Source: an uncultured virus (IMG/VR IMGVR_UViG_3300033141_001977) (taxonomy: Duplodnaviria > Heunggongvirae > Uroviricota > Caudoviricetes). Taken from it: 64,000 nucleotides of DNA. The first letter of the stretch is position 1. Each line of letters begins with the position of its first letter. Of this stretch, positions 48,850 to 58,666 are shown in pieces. The stretch is from IMG/VR virus record IMGVR_UViG_3300033141_001977. One strand, 5' to 3'. Made by a program: the position numbers and the translations under genes. The notes under the pieces were generated by a model that saw nothing but the letters and a program-made list of their open reading frames with translations, was not told where the DNA came from and searched no databases.

Positions 48850-48997
48850 TGACTTGTCTCCTGTTTTCTTTTTTTGTCATCATCGAGCAATAGCTGCCAT
48901 GCGAGGGAAACCATTTGTATGAGAGAATCGATGTCAGTGGGCGGGATTTCCTCAGCGGATTGTTCAAGTGCGTACATAATTCGCGAGTCATCATTAT

Positions 48998-50913
48998 TCA
49001 TGGCGTCTTCTTGAACTTGGCGAGGGCGGCTTGTGCATAGGCGAGACTATCTCGACCATAGCTGGTGTCGTAGTAATCGTCATTCTCAACTATGAGAATC
49101 AACCGTTTTAATGCTGCGGCCATTTGTTGTATATCCGCCGCCGGGTCAGCGAGACCGACGCAGGCGTTGTGGTTCATTAGTTCGCATACGAAGCCTAGCA
49201 TGTTTATGAACCCGAATTGTGCAAGCCAAACACTTTTACCGTTAGCGTCCCTGATGGTATATGTAGAGACGCCAGGTTCTTCTCGAGGTTCCCACGGTGT
49301 AGGATGTTCCTTTAGGAGCCGTTCCCATTCTCCGAACTTGGCCTTCTGGCGGATAGCGAGGACGGCTAATTGGTCGAGAGTTTGTGTGGTCATGGCGTCT
49401 CCTTTGTGTGAGTATATGTCCAAACGTAATAGCCGACAGACAAGATGCTTATTACTGCAAGCATGATTGATAAAATAAAAACCATGCCCAGCCCCTCACC
49501 CCTTATCGCTACCCATATCCATGCTAGCATTAACGCGGTGGCACATGCCCCTGATGCTGGCATAAATGTTCGTGCTGCTTTCTCAGTTTTGCTCATGGCG
49601 TCTCCTCCTTACATTCGGGGTTCATACAAACACCATAGTGCTGATGTTGCGTCCGTCTATGACACACGGGGCACACCTCGGCGTGCCGGCCAGCCTGTTC
49701 TTCTGGGGTGCAGGTGCAGGTTTCTATAAGCTGTTGATATTGATCGGTTTTATCAATAGAGGCCGCTGCTTCACTCCAACACTTCTCACAGGATGGCATT
49801 ATGTTACCTCCCCGAACTTGGCGAGGGCGGGCTTTGCCTCGGCGGTGTTGTCAACTTCATCTGCTGGTGGCTCGGAGGCGAGAGCCCGAGAGATGTCATC
49901 TTTAAGTGATATATCCCACTCGTCTCCGGTTGTCGATAGAATGTAATAGTCATTGACAAGGCTCATAGCCATCTTCAGCAGTTCTCGCGTTGTTTCATTA
50001 ATCATTTGTCATCCTCCTTGAACTTGGCGATGGCGGCCTCTGCGTTGGCGACCATTTTGTTAATTTCAGACATTGGCCTGATACCAGAACATGCCCAGAT
50101 TAGACCTTCTGTCGCATCCACCAGCTCTTCTATATCCGCCGCCGGGTCAGCGAGTCCGGCGCAGGCGTTGGTGCAGTTGATGGCGCGGGCGAGATCTGAA
50201 ACACTGATAACTCGCCAATTACTCTCTTCGTATTCGTCTGAATGTGCAGTCTCGGAGCCACATTTGGTGAAATCATTGTCATTCCACGGCTCGTTGAACT
50301 TGCCCTTACTCATGGCTGGCCTCCTGTGTGGGGTGGCGTCGAGTGCGTTACTGATGTCAACTCGTAGCTCGTTGGCGTCAGTATGAAATGCGGCTGTCCC
50401 AACATGACCGTCTCGGAATTGTATGAGTAGAGATTTGATTCGCTTTAGTAGCTCGCGTGTCTTCTCGTCAATCATTTGTCATCCTCCTCGAGCTTGGCGA
50501 GGGCGGCTCTCATCGCATAATCTACTATAAGATTCGCCGCCTCTATTAACTGCTTCACATCCGCCGCCGGGGCAGCAAGGTTGTTAAGGCGCTGGGCAAT
50601 GTCGTTATATAGGCGGTTGGCGGTAGTTGAGTTGCTATGTCCGATCGCAATGTCGCCAATATCATCTATAAACTGCATTGTCCTCGTCAGTAGGTCTTGT
50701 GTCTTCTCGTCAATCATTCTTCGGCTCCTTTGGTGGTGTTGTGATTGGGTTGAATCTCACGCCATACCATTTCTCGCGGGCTATGGTCGCGGCATTAAAG
50801 GCCGCAAGACAGCTGATCATGAACTCTGCCAGAATGTAGTCCGGTGTGTTGGATTCGTTTTCAGTTGATTCGTAGTTGAGAAGAGTTGAAAGTTTGCGTT
50901 GTAAATCACTCAT
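48998..50913 (-). other. array of small, mostly translationally coupled ORFs (48998..49393, 49390..49596, 49593..49799, 49799..50005, 50002..50475, 50472..50717, 50710..50913)
   Basis: Shared starts (MTTQTLD, MIDEKT/MINETT), middles (NACxGLADPAADI) and ends (AALAKF..), conserved at DNA level. Confidence 0.75.
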
Positions 50914-51070
50914 CTTGATTATCCTTTTCTTTATTGGGTCCTCTAAATAGGTTCCCGGATTGTTCGTTCTGTTGTCGTTGTTCTTGTTGATGCTGTGCCT
51001 TGTATAGCCGCTTCGCCCGTTTTAGCAGCGCTTTCTGCTTTGCACATGGTGATTGGGGTTATGTGGCGCA

Positions 51071-51547
51071 TCAGAAGCCTCGACCTTCTTCTGGCGAGTT
51101 GCTGGCGTCTAGCTCAAGCCGCCGCAAGAATGTGTAGTTGACATATTCGTTCTCGCCCTTGACGGTGGTTCTCTTCTTGACCTCGACTTCCACATCAAGG
51201 ACTTGTTCGCGGACGTGTGGCTCGCGGAGGTCACCAAGCTTCTGAGGCTCACAGCCACAGAGCTTGAGGCGGCTCTTTATGAAGCTCAGTTGCAGTTTCT
51301 TTGTCTCCGCATCATCCCCATGGATAACTTGGTTGTCGAACACCTTGCGGCCTTCGTGGGTCGGCCCGATAACTTCAAGGCCCCATTTGACCATTGGCTT
51401 CTGGGTGTTCTTAGTCCGGGTCAGCTCCATCGAGGCTACCCGCATCTGGTACAGGCCGTCCGGGATCGGTGAGTTGAGATCATCATCAGCATTCACCCAG
51501 TCGGGTTGCAGGTCGTCTAGGTCGGAAAAGTCGTCATACTCAGGCAT
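51071..51547 (-). CDS. DUF669-like phage SSB-type protein
   Basis: PIPDGLY..GPTHEGRKVFD; downstream of the AAA recombinase gene. Confidence 0.7.
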   Translation of the reverse strand: MPEYDDFSDLDDLQPDWVNADDDLNSPIPDGLYQMRVASMELTRTKNTQKPMVKWGLEVIGPTHEGRKVFDNQVIHGDDAETKKLQLSFIKSRLKLCGCEPQKLGDLREPHVREQVLDVEVEVKKRTTVKGENEYVNYTFLRRLELDASNSPEEGRGF

Positions 51548-52313
51548 TCTTGGCCTCCTTCGGTGTGTCTAGGGCCGCCGGCTTCTTAGGGGCAGCTCTG
51601 TTGTACGCTTCGATAAACTTGTCATAGTCGAGTGGCAGCTTTGCTGGCAGCCGGCCTGTGCGGTCCTTGGCCTCGTAGAACTTGTTGGGTGTCGTGCGGA
51701 TGATACGCTCGTCTCGGATAAAGTTACCGTCCTTGTCGTGCTTGGCCTCAGTCTCAGCGTAGAGAACCATGTCTGCCATCGGCAGGACTACCTCGTAGGA
51801 AATCTTCTCGCTAAGCGCCGGGACCATCTTGGTGTATTTGCCGGTGCGGGAGTCCTTTTCCTTCTCGCGGCAATGGGACGTTAGGATGAGGCCGCATGGC
51901 AGTTGGGCGAACGCGACCAGCATCCCTCTGATGCGGTTTTTGGCCATCGCGTAGCCCTTGCCATAGCCAAGATCGCCGGCGTTGATGCTTCTCTCGTTAA
52001 ACTCGTTGCAGACCACCTCCTCACAGAACAGGTACGCGAGGTCAATCGTATCGATGCAGATGGTATCGAAGCGAGGCGCGTCGCTTTGCTGGTCAACTCG
52101 AATGTCGTCGTACGCCGTCTGTAGCGCCGCCCAACTATTGATAGGCATCTGGTATGCCTCAAGCCCCTTCAGGCCAGGCTCGGTAGCCAGGAACAGCACG
52201 TTGGGGAATTTGTGGGCAAATGTGGTTTTGCCGACGCCCGGCGGCCCATAGATGAAGATAGTCTGCTTTGCCAGGCTCAGCTCTGGCGGGGTCATTGTCT
52301 CAGGTAGTGGCAT
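51540..52313 (-). CDS. Sak4-like AAA ATPase/recombinase
   Basis: IYGPPGVGKTT, TICIDT, YGKGY, TSH, EAKDR. Confidence 0.85.
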   Translation of the reverse strand: MPLPETMTPPELSLAKQTIFIYGPPGVGKTTFAHKFPNVLFLATEPGLKGLEAYQMPINSWAALQTAYDDIRVDQQSDAPRFDTICIDTIDLAYLFCEEVVCNEFNERSINAGDLGYGKGYAMAKNRIRGMLVAFAQLPCGLILTSHCREKEKDSRTGKYTKMVPALSEKISYEVVLPMADMVLYAETEAKHDKDGNFIRDERIIRTTPNKFYEAKDRTGRLPAKLPLDYDKFIEAYNRAAPKKPAALDTPKEAKNA

Positions 52314-53235
52314 GGGGGGTATCCTCTTGAGTTAATTCACTATGAGCGGCTTTATGCTCATAGAACTCGTTTAGCACGTCCTCACTGTCGCGGGACGAGC
52401 ACAGCTTAAAATAGGAACATGGCTTGTTGAACCGGAAGCAGGCCTGCCGGTCTTGGAGCCACATCCCGGACCGCGTACATCGACGCCAGCGGTTGGTCAG
52501 TTCCCAGAGCTCGGCCTGAAGTCGCCGCCGGTCATTCATATCGTAGAGAAACGTGAACCGCTGGAACGCGTCAGGCTCGGACAGCTTCTCGGCAAGCCGC
52601 GCTTGAAACGCCTCGTCTGTCTCAGGCTCTTTGCGGCGCTGGTTGGCCTCGAACTGTCTGATAGCCGGCTTTTTGAGTAGGTTGTAGATGACGCCCACCG
52701 GGCTGTCACCTGCAACGTTAGAATAGATGTCGGCCTGTAGCGACAGGTTCAGCCCCTCGATGTAGGCCGCGTCAATGGTGGCCGCGGTTTTGTGCTCAAC
52801 CACATAGGCCCGGTCATTTACCATGACTGCTAGGTCAATCTTGCCGCATAGCCTAAAGGTATGAGAGCCCCAGCCTGTTGCGGGGTTTTTGAGCGGCTGG
52901 TCAAACTCATGCTCAATAGCGACTACCCCCCAGTTGTCGAGGACATAGCGATTCATGTAGGCCAGCATCATGGCCCGCGCATAGTGCCAGTGCTTGCGCG
53001 CCGTCGCGTCGTAATGCCTCTCGGTATAGTTGTCATCGATGAGCGCTAGAACGCTTTCAGAACTGCCGTCCTTATACCACGACGCCAAACACTCGTGGAT
53101 TAGCGAGCCGAACGTCAGGGCGTCATCCAGCCGCACCGGAACCATCTCACGGATATATCGCCAGTATGCGCGGCGCTCGCAGTGCAGGAACGTTGACCAC
53201 ATGGTGTAGGTGGAGATTTGTTTATTCATCCGCAC
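52300..53235 (-). CDS. PD-(D/E)XK (RecB/Cas4-like) exonuclease
   Basis: FLHCERR, FGSLIH, GKIDL, VEHKT, QADIY, C..PCSY..LC. Confidence 0.85.
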   Translation of the reverse strand: MRMNKQISTYTMWSTFLHCERRAYWRYIREMVPVRLDDALTFGSLIHECLASWYKDGSSESVLALIDDNYTERHYDATARKHWHYARAMMLAYMNRYVLDNWGVVAIEHEFDQPLKNPATGWGSHTFRLCGKIDLAVMVNDRAYVVEHKTAATIDAAYIEGLNLSLQADIYSNVAGDSPVGVIYNLLKKPAIRQFEANQRRKEPETDEAFQARLAEKLSEPDAFQRFTFLYDMNDRRRLQAELWELTNRWRRCTRSGMWLQDRQACFRFNKPCSYFKLCSSRDSEDVLNEFYEHKAAHSELTQEDTPHATT

Positions 53236-53456
53236 AACTCATCCGTTACCTGCTCGCATACTACACACCGCACATTGTCCGGGATGTTCTCAGGGTCAAT
53301 GTCGCGGAGCATGACGGCATTGCAAGCGTCTCCGCCAATATAGACGAAAATCACTCCATCGCCGTAGAACCGCACATTATCAACCAGGCCTAACTCGCAC
53401 TTATACCATCTAGGGTCGTTGTCAAATCGCCTGAATACTTGCCACATCTTACTCAT
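53226..53456 (-). CDS. truncated RDIDPENIPD family member
   Basis: Ends just after the 83-bp repeat. Confidence 0.55.
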   Translation of the reverse strand: MSKMWQVFRRFDNDPRWYKCELGLVDNVRFYGDGVIFVYIGGDACNAVMLRDIDPENIPDNVRCVVCEQVTDELCG

Positions 53457-53517
53457 CGTTATCCTCCATTGTCGCCTCTAATGAACGTCAGGCTGTTTAG
53501 ACTGATAGTGATGTTGT

Positions 53518-53910
53518 TTATTTCGTCTCCTCTGTGTTGAGAATATCGCCATACTCATCGATTATTTGCTTGGCTTTGCCGATTTTACTTTTAGCTTTGC
53601 TGGCAAGATCACAAAGCTTTTTTTGGAGGGTATCGAGTATTTCTTTCTTGAGGGCAGCGCCAAGTGCATCAGCTGCCTTGCTGCATGAGCCATTGATATA
53701 TGCAATGTTGACCATCTCCGTCAGGGGCGTCTCTCCGATCTCGATACTATCATTAGCCCGTGTTTGAAAGGCTCTTACATCCTTCGGGTAAACTATGAAG
53801 CAAGTTTTCTCGCATTGTTCCAGCAACCACTTGGTAGCAGCCAGCTTATCAAGTATGTGCATCGTTGTCTCCTCTGTGTTATTGGGTTGCTTGTTCATCT
53901 TCATATCCAT
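53518..53910 (-). CDS. hypothetical protein
   Basis: 130-aa ORF. Confidence 0.5.
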   Translation of the reverse strand: MDMKMNKQPNNTEETTMHILDKLAATKWLLEQCEKTCFIVYPKDVRAFQTRANDSIEIGETPLTEMVNIAYINGSCSKAADALGAALKKEILDTLQKKLCDLASKAKSKIGKAKQIIDEYGDILNTEETK

Positions 53911-54117
53911 TTTCGCGCTCTTCGCAGTCTAGCTGTGGGCAGTCTTTGCATTCACCGTCACACAATGTCCGCTCTAACCAGTAGGGCATTTCGGCGTCAT
54001 AGCCGATGTTGTTCTGGTCGCTCATTCGGGTATCTCTGTGATGCACACCTTGACTATGCGCTGAACCGGCCAGCGGGCACTCCACTCCGGTATACGCTCG
54101 TTTCATAGTAGCAGCCA

Positions 54118-54381
54118 TTATTTGTCCTCCGCGGCCTGTAGTAGCATGGTGATCTTACTCGCGGCTATGTCTAGTATCATGTCGATCTTACTCACGGCTA
54201 TGTCCGCCGCAAGGCTCCCGGCCATCTGTAGGTGCATGAGCTCGCCCTTGAGCGTGCCTTTGACATGCGCCGTCTCGATAGTGTGATAGATGCGCTCCCG
54301 AACGCGCCTTGCCCAATCAGTTTGCTGTAGTTGTTCTACCACCATTGGTTTCCTTTCGTGTTGGAGGTTGTTGGTTGTCAT
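54118..54381 (-). CDS. hypothetical protein, paralog of 15..338
   Basis: Peptide similarity; internal 33-nt-period duplication (DIAVSKI/DIAASKI). Confidence 0.6.
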   Translation of the reverse strand: MTTNNLQHERKPMVVEQLQQTDWARRVRERIYHTIETAHVKGTLKGELMHLQMAGSLAADIAVSKIDMILDIAASKITMLLQAAEDK

Positions 54382-54815
54382 TTGTTATCTCCTGTCAGTA
54401 GCGTATTGCCGACGCGGGTGAGTCGTGATTCGGCAATATCATGTAGGCATTGGGATAGAGGGGCATTCTTGTCGAGAGGCAATAGACAAAATGCCCCTCG
54501 CCGCCATATAATTTCACAGTGTTCCCTCAAATAACTGTCGAAGACTATATCATTCTCCCACAGCTGGTTGCCGTCCTTGTCCTTGGCGCAGTCGACTTGG
54601 TGCTGGAATTCGATGTGCTGTAGCCGAAAACTATAATCGATGATACGGATGTCTTCGTAGCCATCTCTGTTGTTATATTCAACCAAGTTGAGTCGTCCGT
54701 TTGGGCCTATAAAGACCTCTGTTGGCGGCTCAAAGGAAATGAAGATGCGCCCGTGTTTGTCTGGCTCGAATGCCTGCTTGACCAGCGTATCAACTACCCT
54801 AAATGGTAGGTTCAT
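54378..54815 (-). CDS. YopX family protein
   Basis: LPFR, KDKDGNQLWENDIV, RVGN. Confidence 0.75.
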   Translation of the reverse strand: MNLPFRVVDTLVKQAFEPDKHGRIFISFEPPTEVFIGPNGRLNLVEYNNRDGYEDIRIIDYSFRLQHIEFQHQVDCAKDKDGNQLWENDIVFDSYLREHCEIIWRRGAFCLLPLDKNAPLSQCLHDIAESRLTRVGNTLLTGDNK

Positions 54816-55002
54816 TCTTGAACTCCTTCTTTGAATCGTTCACGTAGAAGCCCGGCCCTCTAAATATTAGGACCGGGGCGTTCCATAGTCGTTTGAGAAC
54901 TCCGCCGCATACGCAGCAGCGTTCGGGGCATTCGTCTGCGCTGTCGTGCAGGTATTGCTCGACGCGGTTGCAAGATTCACACTGAAAGTCAAAGAGCGGC
55001 AT
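54799..55002 (-). CDS. FmdB-family zinc ribbon protein
   Basis: MPLFDFQCESC..CCVCGG..FRGPGFYVND. Confidence 0.85.
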   Translation of the reverse strand: MPLFDFQCESCNRVEQYLHDSADECPERCCVCGGVLKRLWNAPVLIFRGPGFYVNDSKKEFKNEPTI

Positions 55003-55354
55003 GGCTACCCTCCTTGTGTAACGCCGCGTCCAGAGCGTCCAGCGCTTGAGACCGCCTCAGTTGCGGGTCATGGCTGCATTCGATTATCCTGCACATCACA
55101 GGGCGATGTTCATAAATGAGGCATTGGCCGTCTTTGTAGGCGGCGCAGAAGCCGTCGGCCTTCATCTTCATGCTCCAGAACTCGACTGCAACGTCACCAA
55201 TTTTGATGTGTTCGCAGGTGCGATATTGTTCAGGGACAGATGCGACATCTTCGTCAAAGATGACCACATCTGATTGACAGCATGATCCACATCGGCTGCA
55301 TTTCCAGTTTGACATAACTACTCCTGTCAGTTCAGTTGTCTTGGCATACTTCAC
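54989..55354 (-). CDS. YkgJ-like CxxCxxCC protein
   Basis: CSRCGSCC..C..CLIYEHRPVMCR. Confidence 0.8.
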   Translation of the reverse strand: MKYAKTTELTGVVMSNWKCSRCGSCCQSDVVIFDEDVASVPEQYRTCEHIKIGDVAVEFWSMKMKADGFCAAYKDGQCLIYEHRPVMCRIIECSHDPQLRRSQALDALDAALHKEGSHAAL

Positions 55355-56438
55355 GATGCGCCTCCTGTAATGCTTCTCTGTCTAGGCCTCTCGCATGGGC
55401 GCTGGCGGAGTGGATTGCGGCCTCCTCATCAAGCGTCGGTCGCACAAACCTGAATTGCAGCTGTCCGACCGACCCAATGATGGACAAACTTCTAACCTCA
55501 TCCACAATAAGCTCCTCGATCTGAGCGTATGTCATCCGGGCCTCGTTGATCACCTGCACATACTTGTCGCGCAGATGGCCGGGGCGAACCATTTTGCCGG
55601 TGCCATCATGCACCAAGAGCCGCTTATACCGATTTGCGAGAATGGTGGCGATGACCCTGATATGCCGTGGCGAGGGTAACTCGACAATCCCGAGCTCATA
55701 GAGGTCAGTCGAGCCGGGCGGCCAGAATGTAGCGGTTATCGCAGCCCGTCCTTCCTTGCTATGGTCATAACCATAAGACCTGAGTGAGCCTGCAACGATG
55801 ACCTTCTTGTCCACCTCGCATGGTCGGTCATGACCGCCGATGACAATCAGGTCATAAGAGCCTAGCGGTAGTGAATCCATCCCTATCGAGAATAGTGATG
55901 GTGGGTTGTCTAGCCCTGTTATTCCGAGTGTGCAACACAATATCGCCGGACGATAGCCATCTCGGCGCTGCTCACATTCGGCGAGTAGTTTGCTCCATTT
56001 TACCCGGCTGGGACACCAAGAGATACAGGATAGGTGGACACCGTTAATCAGCTCGGAGAATATGGGCTGCGCTACTTGACAGCCAAAGAACCGATATGTC
56101 CCCAAGTATGCGCTATCGTGTTGGCCCCGCAGCTTCACTATGGGCGTCTGCCCGCCCCGATCGCCGGCGGCGAACATCAGTTTCATATCGAGCGGCGGCA
56201 TCCATTCTAGCGGGGCGCATGACACGCACTTCCGTTGTCTGAACCCATGATAGTCATCGCCAAGTGTAACAACACAACGCGGACGACTGGATACCCGCCT
56301 AATATGGCTGGCTATCTTGTCATAAGCCGCCTTAATGTCTTGCAGCTCTAACGGGATACCGTCCTCGTCAAACGGGGCGGCCATACGGGCGTGCGCCCCA
56401 CCAAAGAAACAGAATGTGGTGCTGTCGTCTAGCGCCAT
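55332..56438 (-). CDS. SbcD/Mre11-like metallophosphoesterase, degenerate
   Basis: GGAH, LGDDYH, RGQHD, GGHDR, AGSL in the expected order. Confidence 0.6.
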   Translation of the reverse strand: MALDDSTTFCFFGGAHARMAAPFDEDGIPLELQDIKAAYDKIASHIRRVSSRPRCVVTLGDDYHGFRQRKCVSCAPLEWMPPLDMKLMFAAGDRGGQTPIVKLRGQHDSAYLGTYRFFGCQVAQPIFSELINGVHLSCISWCPSRVKWSKLLAECEQRRDGYRPAILCCTLGITGLDNPPSLFSIGMDSLPLGSYDLIVIGGHDRPCEVDKKVIVAGSLRSYGYDHSKEGRAAITATFWPPGSTDLYELGIVELPSPRHIRVIATILANRYKRLLVHDGTGKMVRPGHLRDKYVQVINEARMTYAQIEELIVDEVRSLSIIGSVGQLQFRFVRPTLDEEAAIHSASAHARGLDREALQEAHREVCQDN

Positions 56439-56441
56439 GGC

Positions 56442-56663
56442 TCACCATGGCGCTTTCATAAATGCGACTATACCGACCAGCGCTAGCGCGGCGGCCACAC
56501 CTATGACGCACCCCACGATTGCATGTGCGGCCTTACTCGACCATCGCCTTTGCTCCTGATACCAGAACTGAACGACATGGCCTAACCCGTTGCTGAAATA
56601 AGCGCTGGGTATTGGCATAGGCTCATTTCTATTCATCCTTATCCCTCCTGTTGATGCAGCCAA
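56442..56663 (-). CDS. small membrane protein
   Basis: C-terminal TM helix. Confidence 0.45.
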   Translation of the reverse strand: MAASTGGIRMNRNEPMPIPSAYFSNGLGHVVQFWYQEQRRWSSKAAHAIVGCVIGVAAALALVGIVAFMKAPW

Positions 56664-57550
56664 GTAGTTGGCGGCGGGTTGATCATCCTCTCTCTATATT
56701 TCTTTATGACGGCAACAGCCGGTGGTGGTAGTCTAGGGATCGCCAGCGCCCGCTCTCGCACCTCATCTTCTAAGACTGGTTCAAAGCGCTCATCCTCATC
56801 AATGTTGACCAGCCGGTTCCGAAACCATTCTTGGGCATAGAGCCTATCCCAGTCGTAAGGTGTGCTTTCCTTAAACCGGCCTAACGGCAACGATTGAATG
56901 TTCCATGTGAGCCGGCGGCCTAGCTTCACAACCGACAGGACACGAGCATATTCGGGGTCGAAAATGTTACGTTTAGGGTTGATATGGTCAAGCACCTCAC
57001 CGTAACTGTTCTGGCACATATACCCGTCTAGCACATCGTTCTCAAACGAGCGGGCGGAGTTTGCTGTGAACAGCTGTGGGATGAGCTGATAATCGGACGG
57101 CAGATGGCGGTCGTGCTGGATACCGCGCACCATGTCATGAGAGCTGATTAGACAGACGTTGAACATCACTGCGCCGCGTGCCGTGATATACTGCCTGTTC
57201 AACGCAGCCTGAAGCTGACGTCGGTCTGCCCGTTCCTCTAAAGTAGCCCGGCCAGCCTGCATATCTACGGTGAGCTGGTTTAACAATTGAAGGGCCGGTT
57301 CATATTCGTCGCAATAACAGGGGCCTACTTTATGCTTCTTAGGGCAGGCAAACAGCCATGTCCGCATCTGCTTATCGACAAGCCGGTGGAGGTAGGCCAC
57401 TCTATATCCGATGGAGCCAACGTCGGGTCTATATGCCCAATGGACGGGCAACAGCCGGTAGCTGAAGCCTTGTATTATCCTAATCTTCCGGGGCACGCCG
57501 GCTGTGATCAACTTGGGGTCAACGACCGGTAGCTGTGCGGGCTTATTCAT
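56639..57550 (-). CDS. hypothetical protein, possibly a diverged T4 gp32-like SSB
   Basis: YRLLP..H..FACPKKHKVGPCYCDE..NIFDPEYAR pattern. Confidence 0.35.
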   Translation of the reverse strand: MNKPAQLPVVDPKLITAGVPRKIRIIQGFSYRLLPVHWAYRPDVGSIGYRVAYLHRLVDKQMRTWLFACPKKHKVGPCYCDEYEPALQLLNQLTVDMQAGRATLEERADRRQLQAALNRQYITARGAVMFNVCLISSHDMVRGIQHDRHLPSDYQLIPQLFTANSARSFENDVLDGYMCQNSYGEVLDHINPKRNIFDPEYARVLSVVKLGRRLTWNIQSLPLGRFKESTPYDWDRLYAQEWFRNRLVNIDEDERFEPVLEDEVRERALAIPRLPPPAVAVIKKYRERMINPPPTTWLHQQEG

Positions 57551-58109
57551 ATATCCTCACCGCTGCCAGCGCATGTAAGGCAAGACCGGTCGCGTCGGAA
57601 TACCCGCTCTTGGTATAGCTATACCGCTGCTGGAACTCTGGGCACGTCGGAAACCGCGCTCTGACGGTAGCCCAGACGTCGGGCTTCACGTCCGTCGATT
57701 TGCGCTTCATGTTGCGTAGCTTCTCGTTCTTGTCTTTACGCTGAGACCAGTTGGCAACGCCGATTGAAGAGCGCCATACCTCTGGTTTGACCACCAAGTG
57801 TGGGATGTCGAGATATGTGAGCGCTGCCCACCACAGTAACCAGCTGGCAGTCTGGGTGCGCATCGTCTTAGGGCTGCCGATTATCCCGGCGATTGGTGGT
57901 TCCTCAAGCGCGACCATATCAATCGGCTCCCGAGATCCGAGCAGCTGTAAGAGTTTAACCATACCTTTGAAGTCGAACTTAAATGGCCCGGCTGCCCTCG
58001 TCAGCGGAATGTCCTCAAACCGAAGACAATGGTTGTTGTTCCTGTATTCAAGGACGGCTATGCGCCCGTCCTTACTACCTGGGTCAATGCCTACTACGAG
58101 CATGGTCAT
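57543..58109 (-). CDS. RuvC-like Holliday junction resolvase
   Basis: VVGIDPG, ALEEP, VKPEVW, SDA; GGAAGGAG RBS before 58109. Confidence 0.75.
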   Translation of the reverse strand: MTMLVVGIDPGSKDGRIAVLEYRNNNHCLRFEDIPLTRAAGPFKFDFKGMVKLLQLLGSREPIDMVALEEPPIAGIIGSPKTMRTQTASWLLWWAALTYLDIPHLVVKPEVWRSSIGVANWSQRKDKNEKLRNMKRKSTDVKPDVWATVRARFPTCPEFQQRYSYTKSGYSDATGLALHALAAVRIYE

Positions 58110-58129
58110 CTCCTTCCAACTAGTATTTA

Positions 58130-58260
58130 GCGGGAGTGCCGGGACTTGAACCCGGCTGCGGAGGTGATGGTTATGACTCTTGTACACGTGCTATAAGCAT
58201 CATATCGTCCATCAAGTCTCTCCAACTGACTGACTACCAGCGCTCCGTCTATACTCCCGC
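58130..58260 (-). ncRNA. tRNA-like RNA with oversized variable region
   Basis: Terminal stem GCGGGAGT/ACTCCCGC, T-arm GCCGGG-TTCAAGT-CCCGGC, D-arm-like GAC..TGGTA-GTC. Confidence 0.55.
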
Positions 58261-58429
58261 TCATTTTGTCGCATTTGCCGTAATCGTGAATTGATACGTG
58301 CCCAACAATCCTCGCAAACGAAATGACCCCAGAGGATTACACCACGCCTACTTTGACACCATTCGCCAAGCGAGCATGACTCTGGGCTGTTACTTACTAT
58401 CTTCATGTTGTTAGTCCCTTCGTCTTCTC

Positions 58430-58666
58430 CTACTCTTTGCTTATACGGCCATATTTAACAAGTAGTCTGATACAGGCCTTACATGTGATTGGTTTCTTAA
58501 CTCGTGTGAATCGCTGAGGCCGTCCACATAATGTTTCATAATCGCCATCACAGTATGACTTAACGTGAACTTTGCCATGCGGCAATCGCTGTGCTCCGTA
58601 AGCCTTCCATTGAGGATTAATCTGCGAAATCTCTATGCTGGTCGGCATATCTTTTTTCTGGGTCAT
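58430..58666 (-). CDS. hypothetical zinc-binding protein
   Basis: KVH..TLCG..TCKAC; AGGAG RBS. Confidence 0.5.
   Translation of the reverse strand: MTQKKDMPTSIEISQINPQWKAYGAQRLPHGKVHVKSYCDGDYETLCGRPQRFTRVKKPITCKACIRLLVKYGRISKE

Larger units (their letters stand above)
44542..53318. repeat. 83-bp dispersed direct repeat (44542..44624, 53236..53318; partial third copy 45079..45125)
   Basis: 4 mismatches in 83 nt by eye. Confidence 0.9.

Noticed and set aside
44069..50718. CRISPR array or integron attC array
   Set aside because: Repeats are heterogeneous, coding, irregularly spaced and non-palindromic; no integron integrase.
52300..53235. CRISPR-Cas (Cas4) locus
   Set aside because: No array or other cas genes; the context is a standard phage recombination module.
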